From positions 200,322,001 to 200,386,000 of the forward strand of contig NC_042997.1 in NCBI RefSeq assembly GCF_006345805.1: 64,000 bases of DNA, read 5' to 3'. Positions within the stretch are counted from its first letter, which is position 1; each line of letters opens with the position of its first letter. The translations under genes and the position numbers were made by a program. Shown here piece after piece: positions 10,651 through 24,215 of this stretch. The notes under the pieces were generated by a model. The model was not told the origin of the DNA, ran no database searches, and saw nothing but the letters and a program-made list of their open reading frames with translations. Source of the stretch: Octopus sinensis (lineage: Eukaryota).

Positions 10651-11387
10651 ATCTTGACAAATGGTAAGCGAATATGCTTTGATCTCCAGAAAATTCCTTA
10701 ATATAGATTTTTGCACCAAGTAGCTTATATTTGGGTTTTACTTATGTCTGTCTGGACTCACTAATTGTGATGTACAACGTTCCAAGACGTAAACGAGTCT
10801 GAGTGTTTGGTATGCTGATGCATGTAATCGCGTTAAATGGGAATTCTGGAAATTGTTGGTGCAACACACTGCACTTCTGCATGTGTAAACAACCTTTACT
10901 TTTAAGCATTTACGTTTTTTTTTCTGTACAGCCTATTATAAAATGGCGCTGTTATTTCAACGTCTCTGACATGTCAACTGCCTGTGAGAACACAAACACT
11001 GCTCTAGTTTATGTGTAATCACGGCTCTATTCTTGAGTCGTGTCCTAGTGAAGCTTGTTTGCGTCAGATGGCCAAAGAAATGAATTTCAAAACTGGTCAG
11101 AAATATTATTTCAACTCAACAAAAGTTTGATCTACTTAGACCATAAAATAGGAGAAATTAAAGTACAAAATAGTCTTTCTGTTATATACAATATTCTTTT
11201 GAAGATTGTATTCATATATCTTTTAAATAGAATTATACAAAAACTACGAGCTTTCGTAAGGTAGGAGTATAAGTCTGTCTTTTAAGAAACAGCTGAATAA
11301 AAAAAAAGGAATAGAATAAAGTCGAAAGGAAGGAATACAAAGTAAGATTAAACCATAAAAAGGAAGAGAAGGTAGTTTAAATTTTAT

Positions 11388-11483
11388 ACCTGTATACAGG
11401 TATTTATCATACGTATTTACACCTGTATACAGGTATTTATCATACGTATTTACATCTGTATACAGGTATTTATCATATGTATT
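11388..11483. repeat. 33-bp minisatellite x3, each with a palindromic core
   Basis: ACCTGTATACAGGTATTTATCATACGTATTTAC starts at 11388, 11421 and 11454 (third copy has 2 substitutions and is truncated). Confidence 0.92.
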
Positions 11484-12160
11484 CCTTTCCTTAAGTCACT
11501 AATATTTTCTCGACAAAGTTTCTGTGTTTTTAACGCTTTCACTGTGCGTTTTATTCGTGTTTAGGTTTTAAATAATCTCTCATAGGAATATACAGAGAAC
11601 ATTATTTGGGAAACTCAACCATTAAACCAGCTGGTCCACAGCCTATAGAAAATAATGGGTTTCTAGGAGTATAGATTCAGAAAATAAAACGTTAAGCAAT
11701 ACTGCAAGCCTTGTGTTAGGTTTGGTGAATGAGATTACCTAGAGCGAGATGCAGGAAAATAATTCACTTAAAAACAATTTCAAAACCATTGTTACATAAT
11801 TCTGATTACGGTGGGAAATATTTGCAGATGAGGAAAATAGTTTTCTGGTGTTGAAAACATAAGTTGTGCCATAACAAATAGACTGCTGTACACATATTAT
11901 CTCATGCAGCAAAATTCATCTACAGCAGCGACGTGGACCAAGAATAGTAACAGGACTATGGTATAAATGTTTAAAATAGTGACATATAGATTATATAATA
12001 CAACGTGTACCATTTGAAAGATCCATACTGGTGAAACTGTACAGTAATTGACGATTAAGTATCCTATTACACATTTTAATACATACAATAATATATCCTC
12101 TCACATTCCATGAACATATACACACACATATTTATAGATAGATATATTATAATAAGCATA

Positions 12161-12229
12161 ATAGCAAATATATCCCAAGGGGTATATAATATATAATAGG
12201 TAATATACCCCTTGGGATATATTTTCTAT
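12161..12229. repeat. Inverted repeat (27-bp arms, 15-nt loop)
   Basis: ATAGCAAATATATCCCAAGGGGTATAT / ATATACCCCTTGGGATATATTTTCTAT, one mismatch. Confidence 0.85.
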
Positions 12230-12542
12230 TATATATTACGCAGTGATCTAAAACGTACGTATTAAATGCTTTCAAAATATCATCATTTGGTTTGACTCCA
12301 TCATTGTAATTTATACAATTTGATGCCAGTACAACTATCCAGTCCTGACTTCATTTACGTAGACATGCTAGCAAGGATTTGGAATTGTTTGTTCTTTTTG
12401 ATTCGAGCCGAAAATGTTGGTAACGTGCAACGTGCGTCTCTTTTAGGCAAACACGAAATATAGACGTGTGCGTGTGTGTGTGTATTAGAATTTGTGTTTG
12501 AAATAGCTTAAATAGTATAAACATTATAAATATGACATAAGT

Positions 12543-12900
12543 TATGTGCTTTATTAAATGTTGGGAAGCTACGGTGCTTCGTCTCAGGGGAGACCCTTTT
12601 AAAATGTATTGTGTTTAAAAATACAGTATATCTCAAAGCCAGGCGAAACAAAATCATTTTTACGTTATTCATATACATACCTCTAGTTGGCAGAAATGGA
12701 TAATTTCGGAGATGGAAGTTTCTGGCACTAAAGAGCGGAAATAATCGCGAAATAATGATATATGTGTCACTAGCTTCCCTTCTGGTTTGATTCGTTTTAT
12801 CTAGTTTTGAGGAATGCTGTGTTTTTAAGTGCAATACGTCTTTAAAGGGGTCTCCTTTGGACGAAGTGTCGTAGTTTCACAGCGTTTAATAATGCACATA
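12543..12900. mobile_element. Old MITE with ~85-bp diverged terminal inverted repeats
   Basis: TATGTGCTTTATTAAATGTTGGGAAGCTACGG...GGAGACCC is inverse-complementary to GGGTCTCC...CGTAGTTTCACAGCGTTTAATAATGCACATA. Confidence 0.7.
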
Positions 12901-13538
12901 TACTGAGTATGTCATATGGATAATATTTACATACATACATACACGTACACATATACACGTATATATATATATATGTTTAAATTCTTTAAATTTGTTTAGC
13001 TTTCAAGCTGCGGTCATGCTGGGGTACCCCCCCCCACATACATGCACATGCACATTTCAATATCACACTCTTTGTATGTGCTTCATGCAAAAAGGAGGGT
13101 GGTCATTGTTGGCAACAGATAGCAATAGTTTAGACTTTCTCCCTCTTCTTGTAGAGTTGAAATCCGACGTACTAAACATAAATTTTCATTATATCTATCT
13201 TACTGGGAAATCGATCATATTAATGTTAAAATTAGACTTGTATCTACGTGAGTTAATAACGTTGCACTTTATTAGCTGAATGGTCAGTGCGACGTCCACT
13301 TACTGACTGTGTTGCTTCACATATCGAGGACACATAGAACCAGTAGAGAGTTAGTAGAGAGAGAGAGGGGGTGAGAGGGAGAGAGAGAGATTGAGAGAGA
13401 AGAGAGAGAAAGGGTTAGAAACAGAAAAAACAGGGGGATATACTTTATCAACCTTACGTGGCCTAGATATATCACATGCAGTTAAAATCATTAAAGGTAT
13501 TTAGATGACCATATGGCTTAACAATGTTAGAAACAACA

Positions 13539-13938
13539 TCTTTATATATAAAAGTGAGGTTGTGTGCTGTCTGTCTCCTACGATTTAGATTCCTAACTAC
13601 TCCCACATTTTGCGGTGCAGTTTAACCAAAACCGGGTATCTTATAGTCGTGATTCATATCGAGCCCTTCTGGGTATTAGCGCGCGTCTACGATGAGTCTA
13701 CGATTTAAAAAAAAAATTACCATCAATTTTTCCCATTTTTAATGCATTTTTGGCATATAAAAGGGAAGTAACTCTCTAAAAATTTATTATTAAATCTCAG
13801 AACGTAAAAAGCTACAGTAACACGCCCCCCGCTTTTGTGGTTAGCCATATTGAGATGGCTATTATACTTTACATCTCTAAAAATGCTTATATAGTTATTT
13901 CCCTTACAAACCCGAGCAACGCCGGGCGATACTGCTAG
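13539..13938 (+). mobile_element. Non-autonomous Helitron
   Basis: A|TCTTTATATATAAAAG 5' end; subterminal hairpin CCCGAGCAACGCCGGG (13911-13926); 3' CTAG|T; second copy at 42587. Confidence 0.88.
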
Positions 13939-14505
13939 TTATATATACAGAAAAATAGTTACTGCCAGTGAAAGGTTTTAATATATAGACATCAAATTTA
14001 GTAAATAGAGTAACCACACCCTTTCGTGACACTGTTTCTAACGATATACACGTTCTATTTCAAATTATTTTGAAAGCAGTTTGGAGAAATATTTCCAATA
14101 TTCTGTTATCGATTTCACCAGAAGATGTGATAATGCTGGGACCGTTGGTGTTAATTAGTCTCAGTTCTCTACTTATCTCCGGAATCGGTTTTGGTGAAAG
14201 AATGATTGGAACGAAGTTGTCTTTTTTGCGTTTCTTGTCGTGATACTGGTTCATCCGGAATATCAGATCAAAGCTTGTCTAATTATTCGTTGAATACATC
14301 CACATCTACACCTCCTTCATCTCTGAGGTGTTTTGGCAAAGATACTGAAAAAGTTGCGGGTACTTTAACCCTAAGCTCATAGAGTATTGGATCCTTATTT
14401 TGGGCAGAAAAGCAGAATCATTATTATTATGCAGCAGCGTCCAGTTTGGTGATTGGTATAACTTTCCCAGAAGTTGAATGCAAGAAATTCCACGATATAT
14501 ATATA

Positions 14506-14697
14506 CTCTTTTACTCTTTTACTTGTTTCAGTCATTTGACTGCAGCCATGCTGGAGCACCGCCTTTAGTCGAGCAAATCGACCCCGGGACTTATTCTATC
14601 GGTCTCTTTTGCCGAACCGCTAGGTGACGGGGGACCAGCATCGGTTGTCAAGCAATGCTAGGGGGACAAACACACACACACACAAACACACACACAT

Positions 14698-14738
<41 letters not shown>

Positions 14739-14907
14739 CACGACAGGCTTCTTTCAGTTTCCGTCTACCAAATCCACTCACAAGGCATTGGTCGGCCCGG
14801 GGCTATAACAGAAGACACTTGCCCACAATGCCGCACAGTGGGACTGAACCCGGAACCATGTGGTTGGTTAGCAAGCTACTTACCACACCACAGCCACTCC
14901 TGCGCCT
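14506..14907 (-). mobile_element. SINE family A (tRNA-derived head, internal CA/TA microsatellite)
   Basis: Head AGGCGCAGGAGTGGCTGTG...GGTTCCGGGTTCAGTCCC on the minus strand; tail GACTGAAACAAGTAAAAGAG. Confidence 0.92.
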
Positions 14908-14923
14908 TGTATATATATATATA

Positions 14924-15152
14924 TATAATTATAAACATAATTATAATTAGGGTTCAGCTAATTGCGTCACTAATTTAGAAATAGGAGTTAGAAATTCCTT
15001 TTCTACTACTGTAAGAATCTCCATGACAGTAACTGTTACTGCCATGGAGATTCTTACAGTAGTAGAAAAGGAATTTCTAACTCCTATTTCTAAATATGTT
15101 ATGTGGTGAAGCAATTAGCTGAACCCTTATTATAATTATGTTTATAATTATA
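14924..15152. repeat. 229-bp near-perfect palindrome (fold-back)
   Basis: Inner arms 14973-15033 / 15035-15095 with one mismatch, centred on 15034; outer arms continue past a small bulge. Confidence 0.95.
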
Positions 15153-15742
15153 AAATATTTGTATAATTTTACCTCTAAATATTATTTTAACGTACCGATC
15201 TACTTGGTAAAATTATTAATTAATTGATTGATTGATTGGTTGATTAATTAATTAATTGATTGATTAATTAATTAATTTAATTGATAAATTTTACCCTTTT
15301 ATTATTATTATTAATATATATATTAACCGTTCGTTATATCAATCAACACATATATACCGACACACCATTTCGCTTTCATGGCCGTTAAGACGGAAAGTTG
15401 CCGATGCGTAATGTTGTTCCCATTAGGATATAAATTATTCATTTATTTCAAATTCAATAGAAATAAGATGATCTTAGTTTTATCATATTAAAATTAAAAG
15501 TGAAAGAATAAAAGTGAAACAATATTATATAACATTACAATATAGATCTTATTCTTTCACTTTTGACAGGTAATACCGAACCAGTGGCAATGTTGTATTG
15601 TTTTAATCCAAATGAAAAAATATTACATGTTGACACTCATGGGGTCTGATGGTATTACTTTGTAAAATTTGATTTGATTTGGTTGTGCCGTTTGAGAATG
15701 CATAGGGAACAGACAGATAGAAATATATATATATATACACAT

Positions 15743-16105
15743 GTTACGATGACGAGGGTTCCGATTGATCCGAATCAACGGAACAGCCTGCTCGTGAAAT
15801 TAACGTGTAAGTGGCTGAGCACTCCACAGACACGTGTACCCTTAACGTAGTTCTCGGGGATATTCAGCGTGACACAGAGAGTGACAAGGCCGGCCCTTTG
15901 AAATACAGGTACAACAGAAACAGGAAGTAAGAGTGAGAGAAAGTTGTGGTGAAAGAGTACAGCAGGGATCACCACCATCCCTGCCGGAGCCTCGTGGAGC
16001 TTTAGGTGTTTTCGCTCAATAAACACTCACAACGTCCGGTCTGGGAATCGAAACCGCGATCCTACGACCGCGAGTCCGATGCCCTAACCACTGGGCCATT
16101 GCCCC
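15743..16105 (-). mobile_element. tRNA-headed SINE family C
   Basis: Head GGCAATGGCCCAGTGGTTAGGGCATCGGACTC...GGTTTCGATTCCC; tail GTTAATTTCACGAGCAGGCTGTTCCGTTGAT. Confidence 0.88.
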
Positions 16106-16154
16106 TACACACACACACACACACATACATACAGACACACAGACAGACAGACAG

Positions 16155-16186
<32 letters not shown>

Positions 16187-18512
16187 ACACACATATATAT
16201 ATATATACATACATATATAAAATTCTTTGTCTCTGTCTGTCTCTCTCTCTACACACACACATATATACATATATCACTACATATACTACACATTCGCGGC
16301 TTCTCTCTTGGAAGTAGACCCTCAATTGTATATTTAATATCTCTCAGTAGTTCATTTTTTCTATCGAGGCAATCTTCTTAGTTTAGTACCGTTGGATTCC
16401 CATGAGTTCTGTAAATTTGATGCTTTGCGACATCCATAACTGGGAGCAGTAACCCAAGTGACTGAGCGCCAATGTTTTCCATGGGAGCAACATGGTTTCC
16501 TTTTCCCGAATTCTGAATGATGTGAGGGTCCAACCATTCAGTCATCGGCCATTGTTGTCGTCATTGTGATTTGCCCACTAAATGATGCATCGCATCTCAT
16601 GTGGATATCCAACTCATGAATCGACTCCGATTTCGGGCATTGCAATACCCTCTGGTCCAGTGTATTCTTATTGAAATCGGTTTGTGTGGAGGTAGCGGAA
16701 TGTTTGAAACGTGTCAGCATTGAAATTCAAGCTAAAATTAATTTATGTTTGTAACATAACTTAACAAACAATTTTTGTATGGTATTATGATTGAAAGTAT
16801 TAATTTCCCAATGAAGTATTTAAAATAACTGGTCTTGTATTTACGGTTAGTTTGAGGCAAGTTGGTATGTAAAGGGCTTCAAGACTCTCACAAAAGACTC
16901 CGAGATTAGTACTGCATACCCACAATAAAACTAAACTACCTACACATAAATCCACCCATGAAATGCTACATTTAATCAGCTACTGCATCACTTAAAGGAT
17001 TTTTTTTTCATAGATTGTAAAGCGTTCGCATCCTTCTTCCCCCACTATTCTAGTAAAACATCTAAAAGAAACTCGATATTTTGATTTCTAACATAAGCAC
17101 GAGGTTTCAAAATTACCATGAAGAAAACACGAACGAAAACTGAAATATAAAGTGAAAGTTATTGTTTCATGACAAAAAAAAAAGAAAAAAATTTTCATAG
17201 GAAAATGTCGTAAACGGTTTTCTAAAAGCTATCATCTTGATAAAATGTCAATTTAAGAAAAAGCCGTTTGTTCACACTAAATTCTTGATATGAAACAACG
17301 AAATTCTATAAGAGAACAAGCAGGTGTGTGATTAAAATGTCGTAATATATTCTAACATAGGCGCACATGTGTGCATATGCGCCTATATACAGATGTATGT
17401 GTGTGTGAGAGTATATCTATCTATCAATCTATCTATTACACACATATATATTATATAAGCATGTATATATGTGTGTGTGTGTGTTTAGATAGATGAAAGT
17501 ATAAAAATCACAAAAATGTGTGTAATATGAAACAAAGAGGAGTGAAACAAATAGTATATGGAATTAGACAATTGAAAATACATGACTGATTAAATGTAGA
17601 AATAAAAAGCACAAAAGCAACAATCAAAAAAGTGTACACTGAAGATTAAAAGTGCCAAAGGAAGAAACAAATGTGAATCGTATGTTTCGAGTGATACCTT
17701 TATCAAAGAGAAGATAAAAGAAATAAGATAACAAAAGAAAGAGAAAAAAATAGATGATACCGGATTAAAGACATCTGTGTATAAGTTACGTTTGAAGTAG
17801 TTCACTGAGTATTATTTGATTATTTGTTTGTTTATCTCTTCATAATATTACTTGTGTTATCTGCGTAATTAATTGAGTAATTTGTATTTATTTTATCCTT
17901 CACGTTCTTAATCCTACGCGGAATAAGTGGCTGCTACATTGTAGATTAACCAGAACGACTATATATATACATACACGCATGAATGTACATCCATCCATAC
18001 AGTCATGCATATACATACATGTAACATTATATATTTCATTATACTGGTTATTATATATTATATATACCAGTCCACGAACATAACACCAGTGCACATTTCC
18101 ATAGGTCCTACCTGTAGCATCTAGAGAAAAGACGAAGTACTCTAATAGCTAGGGATTCAAAAGTCCAAACTGTTTAATATCTTCCCCCCCCCCAAAAAAG
18201 GAAAAAATTACGAGATCTACATGGGTTTGTGGTTGATGGTTTCAAGAAGCACCTTGATCTTCTGCTGTCGAAGATCGCAGACGAACTTACATCACGGCAA
18301 GAAACTAAAAAAAATGCAGCAATATCAAAATTCGTTCTTCACCAAAAAAACCAGCCTCATGAGAGTGGCCATTGAAAATGTGATAATACTGGCAGAGATC
18401 CAGCATGGCACCACCTTTGGGTTGAAACGCCTGGAGGAATAAAAAATAAAGAATATATGAAGAATATGTGTGTGTGCCCGCTTGTGGGCGTGTAAGTATA
18501 TGGATATATATA

Positions 18513-18908
18513 TTCTTTTACTTGTTTCAGTCATTTGACTGTGGTCATGCTGGTGTACCGCCTCTAATCGAACAAATCGACCGCAGGACTTATTCTTTGA
18601 AAGCCTAGTACTTATTCTATGTCTCATTTGCCGAACAGCTAAGTTATAGGGACGTAAACACACCAACATCGATTGTTAAGCGATAGTGGGGGACAAACAT
18701 AGACACACACACAAATATGCACACAGACACACACAGATACACACGATGGGCTTCTTTCAGTTTCCGTCTACCAAATCCACTCACAAGGCTTTGGTTCGGC
18801 CCGAGGCTATAGTAGAAGACACTTGACCAAGATGTCACGCAATGGGACTGAACCAGGAACCATGTGGCAGAGAAGCAAATTTCTTACCACACAGCCACGC
18901 CTGCGCCT
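18513..18908 (-). mobile_element. SINE family A
   Basis: Full-length match to the other family A copies. Confidence 0.9.
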
Positions 18909-19093
18909 ATATATATGTTATAATTTAGAACAAACATTAAAAGGTTGTCATTATAGTACTTCCGAATGTCGGAGCGAAGAGCTACGATGCATTCTCGTCG
19001 GCTATTAATGGCATATATAAATAATCCTCTATCTAATATCGAGGTCTCATTCTTTTGTTGTTGTTCTTCTGGTTGTTGTTGTTGTTGTTGTTG

Positions 19094-19143
<50 letters not shown>

Positions 19144-19144
19144 T

Positions 19145-19724
19145 AAGTTTCAGTCTAAGGACTGGCGGCATGCTGGAGTCACCGCTCTTTACTTTGCTAC
19201 ACTTTCACTAAACTTCCGCTGATGTGTGGCATTTGGTAGATGAGGGAGTCTGATGTTGCTGCCCCCCACCCCGCCCTATCTGTGCTTCTTGCCTTGATGT
19301 AGGTTCATCCGAAACTCTTGGCAGAAGGAGATTCAGTTTTGTTTCGAAAAAGCCTACATTCACACCATACATGTCTCTCAGGCTTTGGCAGAGAAATATT
19401 GAAGAGCTGTGGGCCTTTGAAGCCCAAGCAGTTGCAGTGTCTCGTTCTGCATTCTAATGGCAATGTTGTAGCTTTTGATACTATGCGGTGGCGCCCCGCC
19501 CTGCTGTTGTGTCACTGACATTGCCAAAGTTTGGCACAAGTTTTTCTAGGATTTTCCAGATGCATATCACTGCATATCTTTCCCGCTTTCACTCCAGGGA
19601 GGAGAGTGTTAACTATTTCAGTCTCTCCCAGTAGATGATATGCTGTATTGTGCTGATCATCTTAGTGTAGCTTCGCTGGATCGCCTCGAGTTCCCTCTTT
19701 AATTTTACACTGTTTGGTGACTAC
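19145..19724 (-). mobile_element. 3' end of a CR1/L2-group LINE (post-RT region and 3' UTR)
   Basis: Minus strand: ELEAIQRSYTKMI...YWERLK*L.LSSLE*KRERYAVICIWKILEKLVPNFG...GFKGPQLFN...LRDMYGV...VSDEP. Confidence 0.8.
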
Positions 19725-19725
19725 A

Positions 19726-19728
19726 ATA

Positions 19729-19812
<84 letters not shown>
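19726..19812. repeat. (TA)n microsatellite truncating the LINE
   Basis: Direct reading. Confidence 0.95.
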
Positions 19813-19813
<1 letters not shown>

Positions 19814-20332
19814 GTGTGTGTGTGTGTCTTCCAAAATGGAGGCGAACACCTTTCTCCATGTGATCGGCTTGAAAATTGTTAAAACACTAGGATATTTTCA
19901 TACTTTTCTTAACATGAAACCAATGATAGCCTTAATTCACAAATAAAGAAATTATATGTCCACCAATGTGGTGTTGAGCACTCATTTCATCGTTCGACAT
20001 TTACCTATTAGTATACATACATACATACATACATACAGCTAAGTTATAGGGACGTAAACACATCAACATCGGTTGTCAAGCGATAGCGTGGGACAAACAC
20101 AGACACACACACAAATACGCACACAGACACACACAGATACACACGATGGGCTTCTTTCAGTTTCCGTCTACCAAATCCACTCACATACATACATACATGC
20201 ATACATACATACACTTAATCTCTAATGGTGAATGAGACAAAATATATTTTATCAGACTTCTTGTTTAGATTTCTTCGATATAAGTGGCCGCCAACGTTCT
20301 GTTTAATTTGATACTTACGTGAGTATATAGGC

Positions 20333-20485
20333 GGGCTGGCAGAAACATTAGCACGCCGGGCGAAATGCTTAGCAGTATTTCATCTGTTTTTATGTTCTGA
20401 GTTCAAATTCTGCCGAGGTCGGCTTTGCCTTTCATCCTTTCGGAGTTGATAAATTTCGGGCCTTGTGCCTCGAGTAGAAAAGAAT
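20333..20485 (+). mobile_element. SINE family B, internally deleted
   Basis: GGCGGGCTGGCAGAAACATTAGCACGCCGGGCG...GAGGTCGGCTTTGCCTTTCATCC...GGCCTTGTGCC. Confidence 0.8.
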
Positions 20486-23400
20486 ACACACACACGCACA
20501 CACATGCACGCATGCACGCACGTACACACGTTAATGTCAAAGCAGTGAAGTTGAGTGCTCAACACTGCATTGGTGGATAAATGTTCGTTGTGGATTAACA
20601 AGGTTATCAATTGTTTCATGAGGAAGAGATCCTCACAGTTATTCAAATGAACCACTTGCGAATGTTGGTACTCGTATTCATACATACATATTATATATCA
20701 GAATATTTCGTATCTTTGTATGGCGGTGAACGAAAAGGCAACACCTAATATGTTTAGGAAAAGCGAACTAATTTTATTGTATAACCTATTATTTCCTTTA
20801 TATTTCGTTACGTTGGTATGCATATATATCGTTGTGCATTTTGATATTTATAATTTATACAATCTAATATTAAATAAAGGTGGAAGAGAGCAGGAGAGAA
20901 AGAGAGAGGAGAGAAAGATAGGGAGAAATAAAGAAAGGAAAAAGAGAGAAAGAAAGGAAAGAAGAAAAGGAGTCGAAGGAATGAAGGAAGAAAGAGAGCG
21001 TTGCTAGGAAAGAAAAGTAACAGAGTTAGTCGAAGAAAGACTGAGATTATGAGTTGCATTGAAAATTTAATATGGAAGCAAATAGTGCAGTATGTGTTTA
21101 TAGTTTTATGTGTATATGTATTTAACCGAATGAAACTTTAAATATGAAATTTCTATGTTAGTTTGATATGAGAAATAGATATACAAATAAAAATGTTTAC
21201 AAATATAGACCGAATGGAGAAAGTAGTTAAAAAGAAAAGGATGAGTATAAGAGTGACAAAGGTAACGTCATAAGAATGTAAAAAGACTAAGAGAAATAGA
21301 GACGATAGAGAAAGAAGAGATGGATAGGAAGAGAGAGGGAGAGAGAGAGAGAGAGAAGGGGGCATTGCTAGGATGCAGCAGCAGAGAAGGAATACAAATG
21401 CAAAATGCTGCAGGGAAAAACATTGGGGTTGCTGATAAGCGTGCAGTTGAACACTTAAATAATAAAAGAGACTTCAAAACCACATTTTAATAAAAAAAAA
21501 GTGTTAAAATTGGAAATGATAAGAATTTTCTAGGCAGTGAAAACCTTAACAATTGCTTTCTTGAGGTAAAACTTACATAATTCCAACTAATTAATCAGCA
21601 GCTTTCTCCATTATTATGCATTTCTGCATTGATTTCTGTTGCTTCATTAAAATGCTATAAATTACAGAACTCAGTATGTTAAGGTAAAATATACTTTAAC
21701 ATATTTTCATCTAATAATTTTAAAATACCAAAACCTCGAGTTTCGGAAATCTGCTCTTTCGCCTGACATCTGTATGTGTTGCCTCTTAAACTGATGAAAG
21801 TTCGATTATTTTGAAACAATGCTTAAGTTCAATCGAGAAAAAAATTTTCACTGTTATGTAAACAATGTTTGTAAAAACGAGTTCTTGAATACACAACAAG
21901 ATTTTGTTACGTGAAAATTTATTTCAGCACATTTGAGTTACGCTATGTTATGCACATAATAGATATTATTCAATTGGTGAGTTGTCAAAAGCATAAAGTT
22001 TACAAATTTTAATATTTTAAAAATTAAAATGTGGTTTTGCAGTTTCTTTTATTATTTATGGCGTTAATCTAATGAATGATTGCTTTAAATAATAGCTTAT
22101 CTATGCTATTGATTAGAAAAGGAAACCGAGTTCCCCGAGTAGTAGTCAGCAAATTGTGAAATGGTCGATCAGAAGACACTTTTGTAATATTCTAAAATAA
22201 GAACCGTTGTTTCAACATTGCATTTCCATCTGCTTCCTGGTTCTTACGGGAATACGAAAATAATCTAATCGCCTTCTTACTTCTTATTTATTCATCATTG
22301 CCTTCAGAGTGCAAAACTTACACAAAAGATGATTAGCTTCATAACTACAAAGCACTAAAAATTCTGTTCTTTTGCTCGGATCATTACTACCTTCTTGATT
22401 TGGAGCTGCCATTCCTGTAGACATGCATTCTATCTCTTGATGACCAATAAAGTTTGAATTAGTTAAACTTGTCTCACGTTAGAACCACATCAATTTCGAC
22501 AATGCCGCAGCATAGTTCCTTTTCAATCAAGACAAAATGAAAATTTGTTTAAGATATTGATTTTAAACTCTTATTCCGTTTGACCGATTATTCGCTCTTG
22601 GTTCATCGTTACTATTCGTTTCTACTGTAGCGCTGTGTTCTAACAACTTTGCCAAGCAACAACAGAACGAAAATCACGAATTGTAAAGTAGCATGATTCA
22701 TGTTAACTAAATTCTCGCCTTTGTAAATTTTCAGCCTTGCAACGATAGTACCTCTTATTATAACCACTCAACATTCTTACCAGTTGAATACCTAACTTTA
22801 ACACAGATCCTATCAAATATCTTACTATATATGTGTGTGTGTATTATATGTTTGTTTGTGCGTGTGGTGCGTGTGTTGTGTACACGAGCGTGTGCATGCG
22901 TGTGTACTATACAAAATGGACGGAAGATGGCTATCTATGAAAGTAACCTCCTTGCTATATTAGTTCTTACTGCTTGATTAAATACTGAATTCACTAGAAA
23001 AATAATCCTTTCTCGTATGTATACGCTGTGTGCTCTCGGTTTTTTAACGTATATCTTAGAGTAGAAGCCACCATTTCTGAGACCAGCATTATAAACCCAG
23101 CTGTTTCCATAAGAGCATAATTATTGGAAAATATTCAAATACCTGTCTATTAACATTATCAATTGCTTTCCTCAATATGCTGGGCGAGTGGTTAGATTGC
23201 CTCTGTATATATTCTAATTTCTCAATCGCTTTTTGGTATCGTCCGAGCAATTATTGTCGAAACTCAAGTGTGCCGTTTGAAAATTAATCAGTAAGATTAG
23301 TATTATTGTAATATTAAGTCTTATCCTCCGAAATAATTTAATGAGACTCCGCCTAAATCTATCCAACTTACAATTATCCAATAGAATTCAAATTTCTCAA

Positions 23401-23982
23401 TATAATTAGGCCATCATTACGATATAAACCACAATCCATATTAGAAAATATTTCCTTCAGTAGATCTAGAATCGATAACCTTATAATTTCACTCACGTGA
23501 AAGATCGTATGCTCCCTTAGACACACAGCTTTTGTTAACCTGTGTTTCGTTATAAGAAAAATGGGATTGAATTTCTCGCATTGAAAGTCATTTAAATTTT
23601 CGTCTCTGTAATATCAGTATGTATTTATCTATTTATTTTTTTGCAAAATCTAGGACCTTCCCTAACAAAAGCTTGGTTACGGAATGATCAGGTATCTAAC
23701 TGAATGAAACTAGAGTATTTCTTCTCTTTTTATCCCACAATGCCATTCTAGCACTACCAAAATATGGCACCGCAGCTTTGAGGAGGAAACTACTTTTATC
23801 GTGAAAACGATTTTCTTTAATATTCTTTTGCTAGCTATAATGAAATCTAGTTTAGCAGCATTGATTAATCAACACTTAAAGTCTACTTTCAAAGATAAAT
23901 TTATGGACTAAGTGCTAGAAAAGGGATCAAGGTGTATATACAAACATACACACATATTAGCAAATACATACACACACACACG

Positions 23983-24072
<90 letters not shown>

Positions 24073-24091
24073 TATATATATAATATATATA

Positions 24092-24156
<65 letters not shown>

Positions 24157-24172
24157 TGTGTGTGTGTGTGTG
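23983..24172. repeat. (TA)n / (TATG)n / (TG)n compound microsatellite
   Basis: Direct reading. Confidence 0.95.
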
Positions 24173-24215
24173 ATAAGTTATAAACAATTTGGCTCTATTA
24201 TACAGAAGAGAACAA

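Noticed and set aside
11388-11483. CRISPR-like array (33-bp palindromic repeats)
   Set aside because: Repeats are contiguous with no unique spacers; eukaryotic context and no cas genes.
17675-17712. UUGAUAA...GAAAC hammerhead variant (minus strand)
   Set aside because: U3-A8 covariation is plausible, but stem I does not pair and there is no proper NUH/stem III.
19290-19323. Hammerhead-like TGCC-TTGATGT-AGG..CC-GAAAC..GGCA
   Set aside because: Several core mismatches, and it is the antisense of LINE coding sequence (RVSDEPTSRQ).
21785-21827. CTGATGA...GAAAC pair
   Set aside because: Weak stem II; needs two deletions to restore the cleavage triplet and stem I.
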